The notes under the pieces: model-generated
Database searches by the model: none
Told to the model about the DNA's origin: nothing
The model's input: the letters and a program-made list of their open reading frames with translations, nothing else
Source: Basidiobolus meristosporus CBS 931.73
Taxonomy: Eukaryota > Fungi > Basidiobolomycota
NCBI GenBank assembly: GCA_002104905.1
Contig: MCFE01000318.1
Location: 32,141-96,140 of the forward strand
Length of the DNA stretch: 64,000 nucleotides
Reading direction: 5' to 3'
Shown here: positions 40,450-53,519 of the stretch, one piece after another
Numbering within the stretch: position 1 is the first letter of the stretch
Layout: every line of letters begins with the position of its first letter
Made by a program: the position numbers and the translations under genes

Positions 40450-42375
40450 AGCAAGTAATGCCATTTAAGTCAACCATTCAATCAGTGCTTCTGGGCTAAT
40501 GCCCTTTGCTCATAGCATTGGCAGGAACCCTACAGCTTTATGTCGTTGCTCATTAACTGGTACCCATACCTCCTCATCCTCAGCCTACACTGTAAGCATC
40601 TCATCTACCTATCTTTTCATAAGTCCTTGCAATATTTCAAGTATCTTTGCTTGAGCACTGCATTGAAGAAGTGCTGCAACCTCTTGGTGGGCCTATAAAT
40701 GCTCTAAAATTAGACTGTAGGTATTGTTATTGCCAGCTGATTTCTTGACTTTATTCCCTTGTCTGGCTATGAGATCTCCACCCTATCTACAATGAGGTAG
40801 TAGATGCTGCAGTATATAAGTTTCTACTATCTACATGCTCATTGACATCACTGGAGTACAGCTCAATGGGCTGCACTACCAACTCTAATGAAAACTGCAA
40901 CATCTTGGCAAAAGTTCTTTGGTTGCAATTACAAGACTTTGACTGTTCTAGGTTGGCTGCATTAATTGGTGCCCACTGCAGCTTTTTCTCCTGAGCTCAA
41001 CCTCTGACTAGGGTAAATATTTTTACTTAATTTTACCATTTCACTTCCTATTTGTTTCCTGCTACTATAGCTGAGTGCTTCCTGAGTTTAACTGTATCTT
41101 CTACTAGATTTTTAAGCTCTTGTATAGATATCACAGTTTGTCCCTCTCATGCTACCAATATACTATTATATGGGCTCAGTCTCTGGGCACAGTATTTGTA
41201 CTTCAATGTTGGTACAGTGCTCCTCTGAAGTTACATTGATAAATGGTGCAACTCTAGGTCTGTGGCATTGAGCTACTTAGGTCCTTTCTTTTCAGTAAGA
41301 ATACAGCATTCTCTACATAAGATACTGATTGCTCTACACCTATTATCCACACTTCTTGTCTCTGGGATATTTTTAATTTGTTGGGCTGTTGCATCTACTT
41401 TATTGACCACTGCACCTGATTGTCTCTTTAATACTCTGGAATGAACTGAAAACATACTTCCTAATCCTGGTTGTGGTAATATTATGACAGTCATATGCTG
41501 GACCTCCACTAGAGAAACTGTGCTTACTACATTCTCATCTACCTAAGCAATATAATCCAGCTTGCAGCTTCACACATGGCCCTAATTACCTGCTGGACTG
41601 AGAACCTCAGGAGTCTGTTTTACCTTCAGTGAATACACTGTCAACATGACTGTTTTGGGATGTAACCCTGCTTGTGGCACTGAGTGTGAAAGCAATCTGT
41701 TGTCCAATTGCTTCCCTGCTGTTGTTTTGAAGGGGGCTGGTTGGGAACTCCAAAAAATTGCCTTACAATTTTTTGATCTGCATGGAAATATGATACCAGA
41801 GGGGAAATATTGTTACATTTGTATGTGCATGCAGTGCCAAAGTTTTATTCAAATGCCTACTACGATTGATTCTTCTTAAGCCATATATGCATGCAGGTGC
41901 ACTGCCTCAAATACAAAACTCACTTGAGCTCTCTTGAATATTGACAAAAAAGTGATATAATAGCATTATGTTCCTGAGTGTCAATCTGTTTTGGGGAAAT
42001 AGTGTTACATGCATGTGTGTATGTGATGCCACAACTTTATTTATAATGCTTACTATAACATGTCATCATTGAATCTTACATTCATGTAGGTGCAATGTCA
42101 TAAGTACAAAACCATCTTAAGTTCATGTGAGTATTGACCAAAGAGTGATATAATGGCATTACATTGTTGAGTGCAAAGCTGTTTGTCCCATGGACAAGAC
42201 AATTCTGATTCAATGCCATAGGTAAAGAGAAAAAAGACCATGTGGCTATTGTAGCCAACCTCATTGTTGAGTGTCAAACTGTTTGCCCCATGGACAAAAC
42301 TACCTTATTGTAATGCTGCAAGAGAAGGGAAAAGAACATATAGCTACTGTAATAAACCTCTCAGCCATGAAGCAT
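40450..42375 (-). mobile_element. old, diverged CACTA-family fragment (TnpA-like remnants plus partly duplicated intergenic region)
   Basis: Patchy homology to 51150-53450. Confidence 0.65.
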
Positions 42376-45300
42376 GCCGGTCTTCTGCCAGCACTGCAAG
42401 GCCTAGCTTCTCATCTGCCAGTGTATGCATCAAATTCTTGCAATATTCAAGTGCGCTTTCCTGCGCACTGCTCTCATAGAAGTGCTGCACAACCTGGTGT
42501 GCCTATTAATGTTCTAGGATTCATTTGTAGGTATTTTGATAGTCTTTTGAGTATTTGTACATTATGCATTGTCTGTCAGTGAGACTGTCACTCTGTCTAC
42601 AATGGAGGATATGGAAGCAGTGGTTAGCAAATAGCTTTCTCTGCAAACTCATCTACTTCACTGAAGTGTAGCACAGCTTGCTGCACCTCCAGCACTTGAG
42701 AAAACACCTGATGTCTTGTTGGTAATTCTACTTGCCTATGATGGGATTCAGCTTGTTCTGGGCTAACAGTGCTAATTGGTGAGAGCTGCAGCTTTTTCTC
42801 ATACTCCCCTGTATCTGGCTTAGGTGGACCTTTTTCCATTTATCTTTACTTTTATCACTAGCAAGTCTTTCACTGCTACCTTGACTGAGTGCTTCATGTA
42901 TTGTACTCTGCTTTCTCTTTAATAAATGGTGCACTGGTGAGCCCATTAGTGCCTGCCTATTCCTTGCTAGCACTGTCCAGGAAATCTGACATTTCTTTGC
43001 AGCTTGCTTAGAGTTGCTAGCCCTGCTTATGACAGGCTCCCCAGAAAGCTTCATACTTTTATCACTGTCAAGTTCTTCACTGCTATTCTGACTAAGTGCT
43101 TCTTATATTGTGCTTTGTTTTCTTTTTCATTGAATGCTGAACTGGTGGATCCATTTAGCCTGCTTTACCCTTGCCAGCACTTTATTGACAACTTGATGTT
43201 TCTTTGCTGCTTATTTGGAGCTTGCAGCCATTCTTGTGACAGGCTCCAGAGAAAGCTGTGGGCTTTATCACTGCTAAGTCCTTTACCGCTAGTGTGACCA
43301 AGTACCTCTATCTCCTTGGTAAGTGCTGCACTAGTGCATCTGCTAACTGTACCTGTCTGGTATTCTTCTGGCACCTGATGTTGCTTTGCTGCATGGTTTG
43401 AGCTATCAGTCCTGTTAATGACAAGCCCTTGAGGATGCGGTTGGGTTTTAAGTTGTGCCATCCTTGTTCTTGTACCTTCAATAGCTTCTGCTATTCTTGA
43501 GATACTTTTTTGGCATACAAGTGCTGTCCCAAAATCTGTTTGCTTGCTTGTATCCAGGACAATGTGCATGGAACAGGTTAAGTGTATCCTTCTTGGCCTT
43601 GCGCAACTGATGGTACTATGATATGCCAACCTGAAGATGATGCCATACTAGACTTCTAAAGACCTTTTGGATACTAGCTACTCTTGATCATTGAACTCAG
43701 TGGCCTGATGAATTTTCAATGTGTTTGGGTTTTTAGGCATGGGTATAAACACCGCATTTTCTCCCTTCCATGCTGCAAAAGGTCTTTCTGTGGACTCCAT
43801 CTGATGGGACTATTATTGTGCAGCAAAGACTGTATAGTTCTCCTTTGCTGCTACATTGTGAAATGACTTGATTCTTGGTTGCAATATTGAGCTACTTGGG
43901 TCCCTCTTTTGCATCAAAATACTGTGTTCTTGACCTAAGATATTGTTTTCTCTATATGTATTATATGCTCCTTCTAATTCTGGAATATTTGCTGATCTCT
44001 CTGGGTTGTTGCATCTATCCTATCAGCCATGGCCCCTAAATGCCTCATTAATGCTTTAGTATGTGCTGACAACATGTTTACTAATACAGGTGGTGGTGAA
44101 GCTATGATAGCCGCTTGGTAGTCTTCAATTGAAGGTACTTCTTTTGCTACATTCTTGTCTGCTCAAGCATTATGGTCAGCTTGAAGCTCTGCAGAGATTC
44201 TCAATGGCCTGCTTGACTGACAGCCTAAGGAGTCTGCATTATTATCTTCAGTGGGCACACAGTCAACATGGCCACTTTGGTTGTGGCCCCACTTGTTGAT
44301 ACTTTTATATTGGCACCTGGCTGTGGTTGTCACCTTGCGCAAACTGAGTCAGGTAAGTTTGTGACGTCTTTAGGCTTACCTCAGCCTTATGGATATGGCA
44401 TGCAGAGTGATAGCTCTGACAAAGAAGGCTCACTGATAGATTGTGAGCCTATCTCCCCTAACAACAGTACCGCACATTAGCCCGGTCAAATTACAATATG
44501 CAATACTATAATACCCATTGAAGCAGTTGCCAAGAATTCTTTATGGAGCCAAGTGAGCCCAGTAATTTGTCTACTGGTGAATGATGTAATGTTGTGCCTA
44601 GAGAAGCAACAGGTTTCTGCTAATATCAGTAATGGGGGCTTGGAGGATTTACTACTACTACTTGCCAAAATTATTCTGGGACGCAACTTAACATGTACAT
44701 GGTACATGTGGACAACTGTCATGTGGCTGGCAACTCATGGCCTGGGGACTGTCCTTACTGCAGCATGTTTTTACAGTTGCATGGCTTTCACATCCAAAAA
44801 TGCCACCTTTGCAACATGTCCAAATTGTCAGGAATCCACTACCATTGAGGGAAAACATTGTTCACACTGCAGATATATTTTGGTAATAACCTGTCTAAAG
44901 AAGCTCATGCAGCTCAACAGATATTGCAAAGCTATACAGTACCACACCTGGTGTCAATCAAGTGCAAACATATCCACTATATTTGATGGCAAACACTACA
45001 AACCACTACCAAGCAAGGGCTACTTTGAAGGTATGCATGATCATGCCTTTGCCTTAGCACTTGATGGATTCTAATTAAACAAGTACTCTACCAGCAAATT
45101 CTGCTGGCCACTAATTCTCACTAACCTAAATCTGCCGCCTGTCTTACAGGATCAAAGCAAAAGTTTAGTGGCAGTCTCACTGGTATCTGGGCCTAAATCA
45201 CCATCAATCCTGGATAGCTACCTGTATCCATTACTAAATTAATGGGTATGCCTTGCAGCAGGGCAACAGTAAATGACATCATGCCATAGAGCGCATTACT

Positions 45301-47262
45301 ACTTGCATCAGAGATACCCCAGCCATCAGCTACATAGCTGGCTTTTTGAGCACAATAGACGGTATTGCTGTCAAATGTGTGAGATCCAGGGGATTTACTC
45401 CATTACTCACATATATTAATGTTACCCAAACACCAACACTAAGAACATCATCTTCCCACACAGAGAATGTACAGAATTCAGTATGCAATTGCAACAAAGT
45501 TGCCAAGCTATAAGCCATTGGCCACAATATGGAATCAATTGGAAATCATAGATACTGAAGATAGATGGTATCTGTTAGAGCACAAGCTTTCCACTGGGAG
45601 CAATGTATTTGCTTTTCAACAATATCTCTATATAGATGACCAAGCTGTACATGGGGCATTTCAAGCTAAATGAGCCCTTTGAGATACCAGAGACATTTGA
45701 AAGAATTGACAAGATATTACAGAGAATGCACTACCCTAAGTACTTCCCATGGGTTCCAAGCAATTTTCATATGCATATGCAACAATACAACTGCAAAGAC
45801 TGGATGAACTGGATATGTATATGTTCACATGGTATTTTGAAGCCATTCCTATTAAGAGTATACGGGAAGCATTGGGAGTCATACATGACATTGTAGGAAT
45901 TCTATCCAGAAGCAGATCACCACTGCCAACTTGACATAAGTACAGGTCTTGTGCAAAGAGTTTATAACAGGATTTTAGAGGCTATACTACAAACATAGAG
46001 CTGAGCACATAGATCTCTGCCACTGCTATATCCATTCTGTACTCCATCTTGTTTGGTGTGTGGAGAATATTAGCCATTGCTTCACCCTTTGAGAGTTTAC
46101 TATTGAACCAATGTTTGGGGAGGTAGGAAGTCAAGTCAAGTTGCTTGTAATACCATATCCCAAAATCATCAAGAATATTTTCTTAAGTCTGTGATGGAAG
46201 TGATGAGTTGGCCCATGAATGGCAGCCAGGAAGAGTTGGAAAGTGCTGAGGACAGATGCACACATGAAGACACCTATGCCTAGGGCATTAAGAAGCTGAG
46301 CTGCCCCAATGCTTGGGTAATCAGTTAAATAATGCAAATTTGGGTTGGGTGCAACAAGCAACTAATTCTTATTCGGAAAACTCTACCTAGGTATGCCAGA
46401 TTTCTCATGGTCACAAGCCAACTGCTACACTATTCAATTTGGAATTCAACAAACAAGAGCCAGAGCACACCTATAAGGGGGACTAAAATCCAGCAGGGAG
46501 AAGGAATCTATTAGCTAAATCCCAAAAAGCTCATTGCAGATATACAGAAGATATTCATGGTAGATGTGGCAGTAACTAAGCATATCTTACAAGATGTATA
46601 TGTTACCAGCAATACAGGATATATGGCAACTTTGCAAGTATCACACTAAAAAGCCATAAAGTTGAGTTGATAAAAGTATGTCAATTGTAGCAGGTGTGCA
46701 TGTTTGTAGAGGTTAGTAAGCAGGAGGCAATAGTTTTTTTTTGATTTAAACTATATGTGAAATACTCAAGGTAGTAGTGGGTAAGCAAATAAAGAGGGGC
46801 AATTCTACAGTGGAATATATGAATTGCACAAGGGGAGGCAGAAAAAACAAATACCATTTGGTAAATTAGTACAGTAGTATTATACAGAAGTAGTTGTGGG
46901 TCAATATACAGCTGTGATAATGCCATTGGAGACTTGCTGTGAGGCTGTCAAAATACTGTCAAGTTTTTTGCCATATAAGGCAATTGGATATACTGGCTGG
47001 TTTGATCCATTTAAAGTAGTTGTAGAGCACGTCCGGACTGCAACAATGCCATGCAACTATTGTCACAACACCAATCAAACCCTGTCAAGTTTTATAACTT
47101 TATTTGTCAGTAGAATTAGCAAAACACCGTTGTGATCCCATCACAAAATTGTCAAGAGGGTCACTGATTACAAGCTGCTGATATTAGGATGGTTTCTAAA
47201 CAGGATTCTGACAGCTCTTCTGGATTGGATCCACCAGTGGGACCAAAATATTTTGCATAGGT
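42376..47262. mobile_element. CACTA-family copy: TnpA-like ORF on minus (to about 44297) fused to transposase on plus (about 44297-47020); decayed TIR at 47250-47262
   Basis: TCPNCQ...FDGKHYK..FALALDG, YRDTPAI, DUF4218-like tail; TTTTGCATAGGT terminus. Confidence 0.85.
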
Positions 47263-48258
47263 GGAAGAATACACACCAAAAGCAACTGTGTTCAGATTGT
47301 GCCATCACCATTCAATATGGAATTTTCACAAATACAAGCAAGAGTGAACTTACAATGGGGACTAAGTTCTTTGCAGATATTCAGGAGACATTTATGGGAA
47401 AAGTGGGGCTACCAAACATAAGTTTGCAAGATGTATGTCACCAGCAATACAAGGTATAAAGCAACTTTGCAAGTATCACACTAAAAGGACATAAAACTGA
47501 GGTGATAGAAGTGTGGTAATTGCAGCAGGTGTGCATGCATGTAGAGGGTAGTAGGCAGGAGGCCATAGTTTATTTTGATAGGAACTATACTTGGACTACC
47601 CATGGTAGTCATGGGTTAGCAAATAAAGAGAGAAATGATTCTTCAGTGATGCTTAAGATAGAGGGTACCTCTGAAGCAAAAGCTTTCCACTGTAGGCAAT
47701 GCATTTGCTCTTCAATAATATCCCCATACTAAAAACCAAGTTGTAAATGGGGCATTTGAAGCTTAGCAAGTCCTTTGCAGCACCAGAGAAACTTGAAAAA
47801 ATTGGCCAGATACTTTGGAGTATGTGCTACCCAAAGAATATTTCAGCAGCCCCAATCAACATTCATATAAATATGTGCAGATACACGTGGTGGTACACTC
47901 CTGAGAAGTTGTACACCTTGTAGTGGTGGCACTTTTCAACGTGAATACAGATTTTATGAAAACCAGATAAACTTAATATGGAGGGAATATGTTTGTGTAA
48001 AAGCTTATTGCTGGGAGCGATGCAAATACTCTGGAACAATACCCAGTACAGATGGCCATGTTCTACATGGGGCATTGCAAGCTAAATGAGTTCCTGGAAA
48101 TACAGGGTAAATGTGAAGGATTTGGTCTCATCCAACAGAGTATCTGATACCTAAAATACTTCTTGCAAGCTCTAATGAATAACCATACTTATATGCATTA
48201 AAGAAAGTGCAAAGATTTCACAAATGGGATATATACTTATTTAAGTGGCCTTCCCAAA
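47263..48258 (+). pseudogene. old scrambled CACTA transposase fragments; continues at 59137-59500 after the nested insertion
   Basis: The empty site TTCCC-AAA-CAACATCTAC...AAGCATTGGG stays in register with the other transposase copies. Confidence 0.7.
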
Positions 48259-49531
48259 CCCTATGAAAAACAGCTTAATCCTGCAGGGGGATCCAATCTG
48301 GATTAACTATCAAGATGCTGTCAGGAGGCCAGTATAATACCAGCAGCTTGGAATTATTTATCATCTACATGACCCTATAATGGGATCACAATGGCATTTT
48401 GCTAATTTTACAGCCAAACAAAGTTGAAAAATATAACAATGTTTGTACTGTGTTTTGCCAAGGGTGTAATGGCATTGTTGGGGTCTCAGTGTGTGTTACA
48501 ACTTTTTGAGTGGATCTAACTGGCCAGTACATCCAATTGTTTTATATGGCAAAAAACTTGACAGTGTTTTGATGGCCTCTTTGCAAGCCTCTGATGGCAT
48601 TATCATGGCAGCATGTTGGCCTATAGCTACCTCTGTATAATGCTACCATACCAATTTACCAATCGGTATTTCCTTTTTCTACTTCCCCTTGCGCAATTCA
48701 TATATTCCACTGTAGAATTACCCTTCTTTGTTTGCATACCAACTCCTACCTTGGGTATTTCACATATAGTTTGAATCAAAAAATACTACGGTCTCCTGCA
48801 TACTAACCTCTACAAAGGTGCACACCTGCTGCAATGACATACCTCTGTGACTTCAGCTATATGGCTTTTCAGTGTGATGCTTTCAAAGTTGATATATACC
48901 TTGCGTTGCTGGTAACATATGCATCTTGCAAAATATGCTTAGTTACTGCCACTTCTGCCCTTAATACCTCCAGAAAATCCGCAAAGAACTTTTTGGTATT
49001 CAGCCAACAGATTCCTTCTAACTGCTGGATTCTAGTCCCTCTGATAGGTGCATACCAGCTCTTGCTTGTGTGAATTCTGAATTGAATGGTGCAGATATTG
49101 GCTTGTGACCATGAGAAATCCAGCATACTCTGGTAGAGTTTTCCTAATAAAAGTTAGTACAACTCCCAAAAGGTGAAGTAAGGTCCAATATTCACAACAT
49201 GCCAAGCAAGATGGAGTAGCAAATGGACAGAGTAGTGGCCAAGATCTGCTTGTTCAGCTTTATGCTTGTAGTATAGTTGCTAAAATTCCGCCACAAACTC
49301 TTTGCACAAAAGCTGTAGATGCATCCAGTTGGCTTAATGATCCACTTTGGGATAAATATTTCTACAGTGTTTACATACAACTCCTATTGCTTCCATTGTA
49401 CTCTTGTTCAAAATGGATTCAGAAGACCACTTGAATAATTACATATCCAGTTCATCCAATCCTTGCACTGGTATTGTCACCTATGCATATGAGTGTTACT
49501 TGGAGCCTGTGGGAAGTACTTAGGTTAGCAG

Positions 49532-50335
49532 TGTGGTGGTATAGAGGTACTCCTGGGAGAAGCTACACAACTCAAGGTGTGTGAGGTGTCTGATGGGTGC
49601 AATAACCTTTGGGTCTAAACTGCTGGTGTCTTTGTCAATATGTCATTATGGTAAAAGCTCCTGCTTCTCTAGCTCCCTAGGTGCTCCAAGTGTTGCCAAA
49701 GGCCTCTGTGTGTCTTGTGCACTACCCTGAAAAGCTCCTTGATGGCAGGTCTGAGATGTACTGTTGAAGGCAGGTGCAGTGATCAACTGCTAATCAATAA
49801 GGGAGAAGTGTTACTGATAGAAGGGATGATTCATTGACTAGGGATTGACTTCCCGGAAATACTTTTCCTGATTGCCAAGTGATTACTAATGACAAGGTTC
49901 TAGAGAATTCCAGCCACCAGTGGAGTTCTTGATGACATCACTATGAGCTAAAAATATGCCAAGAGTGTCCTGGAAGGTTCTACAAGGCACAGCACATCCA
50001 ACCAATCAGGGATCAGTAGTCTGAAACCTGTGCAACATAGAGATACCATATATGGTATTTAAGTGGTAGGGATGGTAACACAGCCTTAGGTCATGTGCCA
50101 CAGGTACTTACATGGGTACTTGCCCAATTTAGATACATATAAAGAGCACAAAGCTGAATAACTTCTGGGATAACTAATGCTAATAACTAATCTGGGTAAA
50201 CATCATATGTGGATAATACTATTAATATGGGCAAAAGAAGATTGGGATAATACTGATAAGATGAAATATGGATAAGTACAGCATCATAGCTATATGAATA
50301 AACCTGTCTGTGGGAGGTATGCTTACCCTTCAACA
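49532..50335 (-). mobile_element. solo LTR-A (804 bp)
   Basis: Full-length LTR; flanks GCAG / GTGA; host transposase is contiguous across it. Confidence 0.88.
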
Positions 50336-51073
50336 GTGAATACTATGTAATATCTTGCCAATTCTTTTAAATTTCTCTGGTATCTCAAAGGGCTCATTTA
50401 GCTTGAAATATCCCATGTACAACTTAGTCATCAGTATGGGGATATTGTCAAAAAGCAAATGAATTACTCCCAGTGGAAAGCTTTTGCTCCAACAAATACT
50501 GTCTATTGTAAGTATCTCTGGTTTCCAGTTAATTGCATATTCTGGCCAATGGCTTATAGCTTGCTAGCCTTGCTGCAATGCATGCTGATTTCTGTATGTT
50601 CTCTCTGTGGGAAGATGATGCTTTTAGTGTGGGTACTTGGGTAATAATAGTGTGTGTGAATTATGGAGTAAGTCCCTTGGATCTCACATATCCAACACTA
50701 CTATTGTCTTTTGTGCACAGAAAAGCAAAAAGCTTTACAATATTTGTTGGCTACCCCTATGAAAAATTATTAAGATGATCCCATCAAAAGTTAATGTCCC
50801 ATGACTGAGAGGTACTGATCTTGTCAGGACACCGTCCAGAGACTGTTGAAAAATAATTGCACCCCAGATTTCACAAAAAACTTTGTCAAATTTTTTCATC
50901 ACAACAATGTATAAGTGGCTTTTGATTGGATCCCTGCCAATTTGCTCACTTTCTGATCCCAGACACTCTATCACCTCCTACGTTTGTGTGAATAGATTGG
51001 CTATTGCCTCTTTTTCACACTCCTTACTTCCTGACTCAACCATTTCTCTTACTTTTTGTGCGTACAAATTGAT

Positions 51074-53141
51074 TTATTTCCGTTGAAACTTCAGTAGTAC
51101 CTCAATTGCCAATTGTATTGACCTATACAAGTCTCTATACCCTACACTAACATTAAGCCCAACACCATACTCAACAAGCAACTCCATTAAAATCCACCAC
51201 TCAATAAGTATTTCTGCTGTAACACTCTGGTTCCACAACTTTGGCAGGAACACAACGGCTTTATGCCACTGTTCATTCACTAGTTCCCACACATCCTGGT
51301 CTTCAGCTGCACTGCAAGGTTGAGCTCCTCCTTTGCCAGTCTTTGCAATAAATCCTTGCAAAATTCCAGTGAGCTTTGTTGAGCACTGCTCTTGAAGAAG
51401 TGCTGCAGCCTCTTGGTGTGCCTATTAATGTTCCAAAACTCCACTGAAGGCATTGTGATAGTCTTTTGAGCTCTTGATGTTGTAGCCTTGTCTGTCAGTG
51501 GGATCTACACTCTGTCAACAATGGAGGCTGTGGAGGCTGTGGTAGACAAATTGCCTTTTTCAACAAACTCATCTACCTTGCTGGAGTGTAGCTCAACTGG
51601 CTGCGCTTCCAACTCTTGTGAAAACAGCAGTTTTCTTGTTGGTAATTCTTCTTGGCTATCATGAGATTCAGTCTGTTCCTGGCTTGCGGCGTTAATTGGC
51701 AAGAACTGCAGTTTTTCTGCATGCCTCCCTGTCTCAGGCTTGGGTTGACATTTTTCCCTTCGCCTTTTCCTTTATCACTGCCAGGTCTTTCACTGCTACT
51801 TGTCTGAGTGCTTCTTGTAAAGAACTATGTTTTCTCCCAGATAGATTCTGCTCTGACACATCTGTTTTGGCCTACTTGTCCCTTGCTGGCACTCTTCTGG
51901 CAACCTGACGCTTCTTTTCAGCTTGTTTTGAGCTCTCAACTGTAGTTGTGACAGGCTCCTGTAAAAGTGGCTGGTTTTTATCACTGCCAGGTGCTTCACT
52001 ACTACTTTGGCTGGGTGCTTCTTGAATGGTACTACACTTTTTCCTTGATAAATGTTGTGCTGGTGCATCAATGTCTGCCTGCTTGTCCTTAACTGGCACT
52101 CTTCCAGTTGCCTGACGTCTCTTTGATGCTTGTCTGGAGCTTTTAGCCCTGCTTGGAATAGGCTCTTGAGGAAGCCACTAGTTTTTAGCCATGGCACCCT
52201 TGTTCTTCTGCCTTTGATAGTTTCTGCTATTCTTAAGATACTTTCTTAGCATAACAATGCTGGCCCAAAATCCATTTGCCTGTATAAATCCAGGATAATG
52301 CTCATGGAACAAGTCAAGTGCATTCTGCTTGGCCTTGAGTTCCGGATGGTCCCATGGTATGCCAGCCTTAAGGTGATGGCATGCTAGACTTCTAATGGCC
52401 TCTTGTATATTAGCCCACTCTTCATTATTGCACTCAATGGCTTCACGGATCTTCAAGGTCTTTTGATTTTTAGGCTTTGGTATAAACAACACATTGTCTC
52501 CCTCCCATGCTATGATAGGTTTTTGCTGTGGGCTTTATCATTGGGCACTGTTGTTGTGCTTCAAAGACTGTACGGTGTTCCTCTGCTGTCACATTGGGAT
52601 ATGGCTCAATTCTTGGCCCTGACATTGAGCTACTTGAGTTCCTTCTTTGCAGCAAAGATACTGCTTTCTCTACCTGGGATACTGATTGCTCTACACGTAT
52701 TATCCACTCATCCTGTTTCTGGACTACTTCCTGATTTCTCAGGGCTATTGCATCTATCCTATGAGCCACTGCACCTAATTGCTTCATTAATGCTTTGGTA
52801 TGAGCTGACAACATACTTGATAATATGGGTGGTGGTGATGTAATCATGGCCACTTGCTGATCTTCAACAGAGGGTACTGGGTTTGCTACATTCTCATCTG
52901 CCTGAGCATAATGGTCAGCTTGTGGCTCTGCAGAGGTTCTCAAGTGCCTACTTGACTGAGAGCCTGAGGAGTCTGCATTATTACCTTCAATGGGCACACT
53001 GTCCACAGGGCCTTTTTTGGATGTAGCCTTGTTTGTTGCACTGAATGTCAAAGCAAGCTGTTGTCCAACTGTTCTTCTGTTGCTGTGAGTGGTAGGGTTT
53101 GGTTGAGAACCAGACAACTTTGCTTTATTTTTTGGCGGCAT
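51074..53141 (-). pseudogene. TnpA-like accessory ORF (about 690 codons), best-preserved copy
   Basis: MPPKNKAKL...LFHEHYPGFIQANGFWASIVMLRKYLKNSRNY...QLAIEVLLKFQRK spread over ORF-track fragments; function inferred only. Confidence 0.7.
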
Positions 53142-53519
53142 ATATATGCAAGTGAGTCAAACCAAAGGGGAAATAGTGTTACATATATGTGTGTATGTGG
53201 TGCCACAACTTTATTTATAATGCTTACTATGGCAGGTCATCATTGAATCTTACATTCATGTAAGTGCAATGTCTCAAATACATGACTGTCTTAAGTTCAA
53301 ATGAGTATTGACCAAAAAGTGACATAATAGCGTTACATTGTTGAAGGTCAAATTGTTTGCCCCATGGACAAGACTACTTTGACTCAACACCATAAGAGAA
53401 GAGAAAAAAGACTATGTGGCTATTGTGGCAAGCCTCTCAGCCATGAAGCACGCAGACAGCATAGGAAGCATTACAAGAATCATGGCCAGTGTTTTGCCAC
53501 ACAAGTCATATTTGACCAT

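Noticed and set aside
47880-47965. 80-bp segment weakly resembling an LTR-A terminus
   Set aside because: Too short and too diverged to call without an alignment
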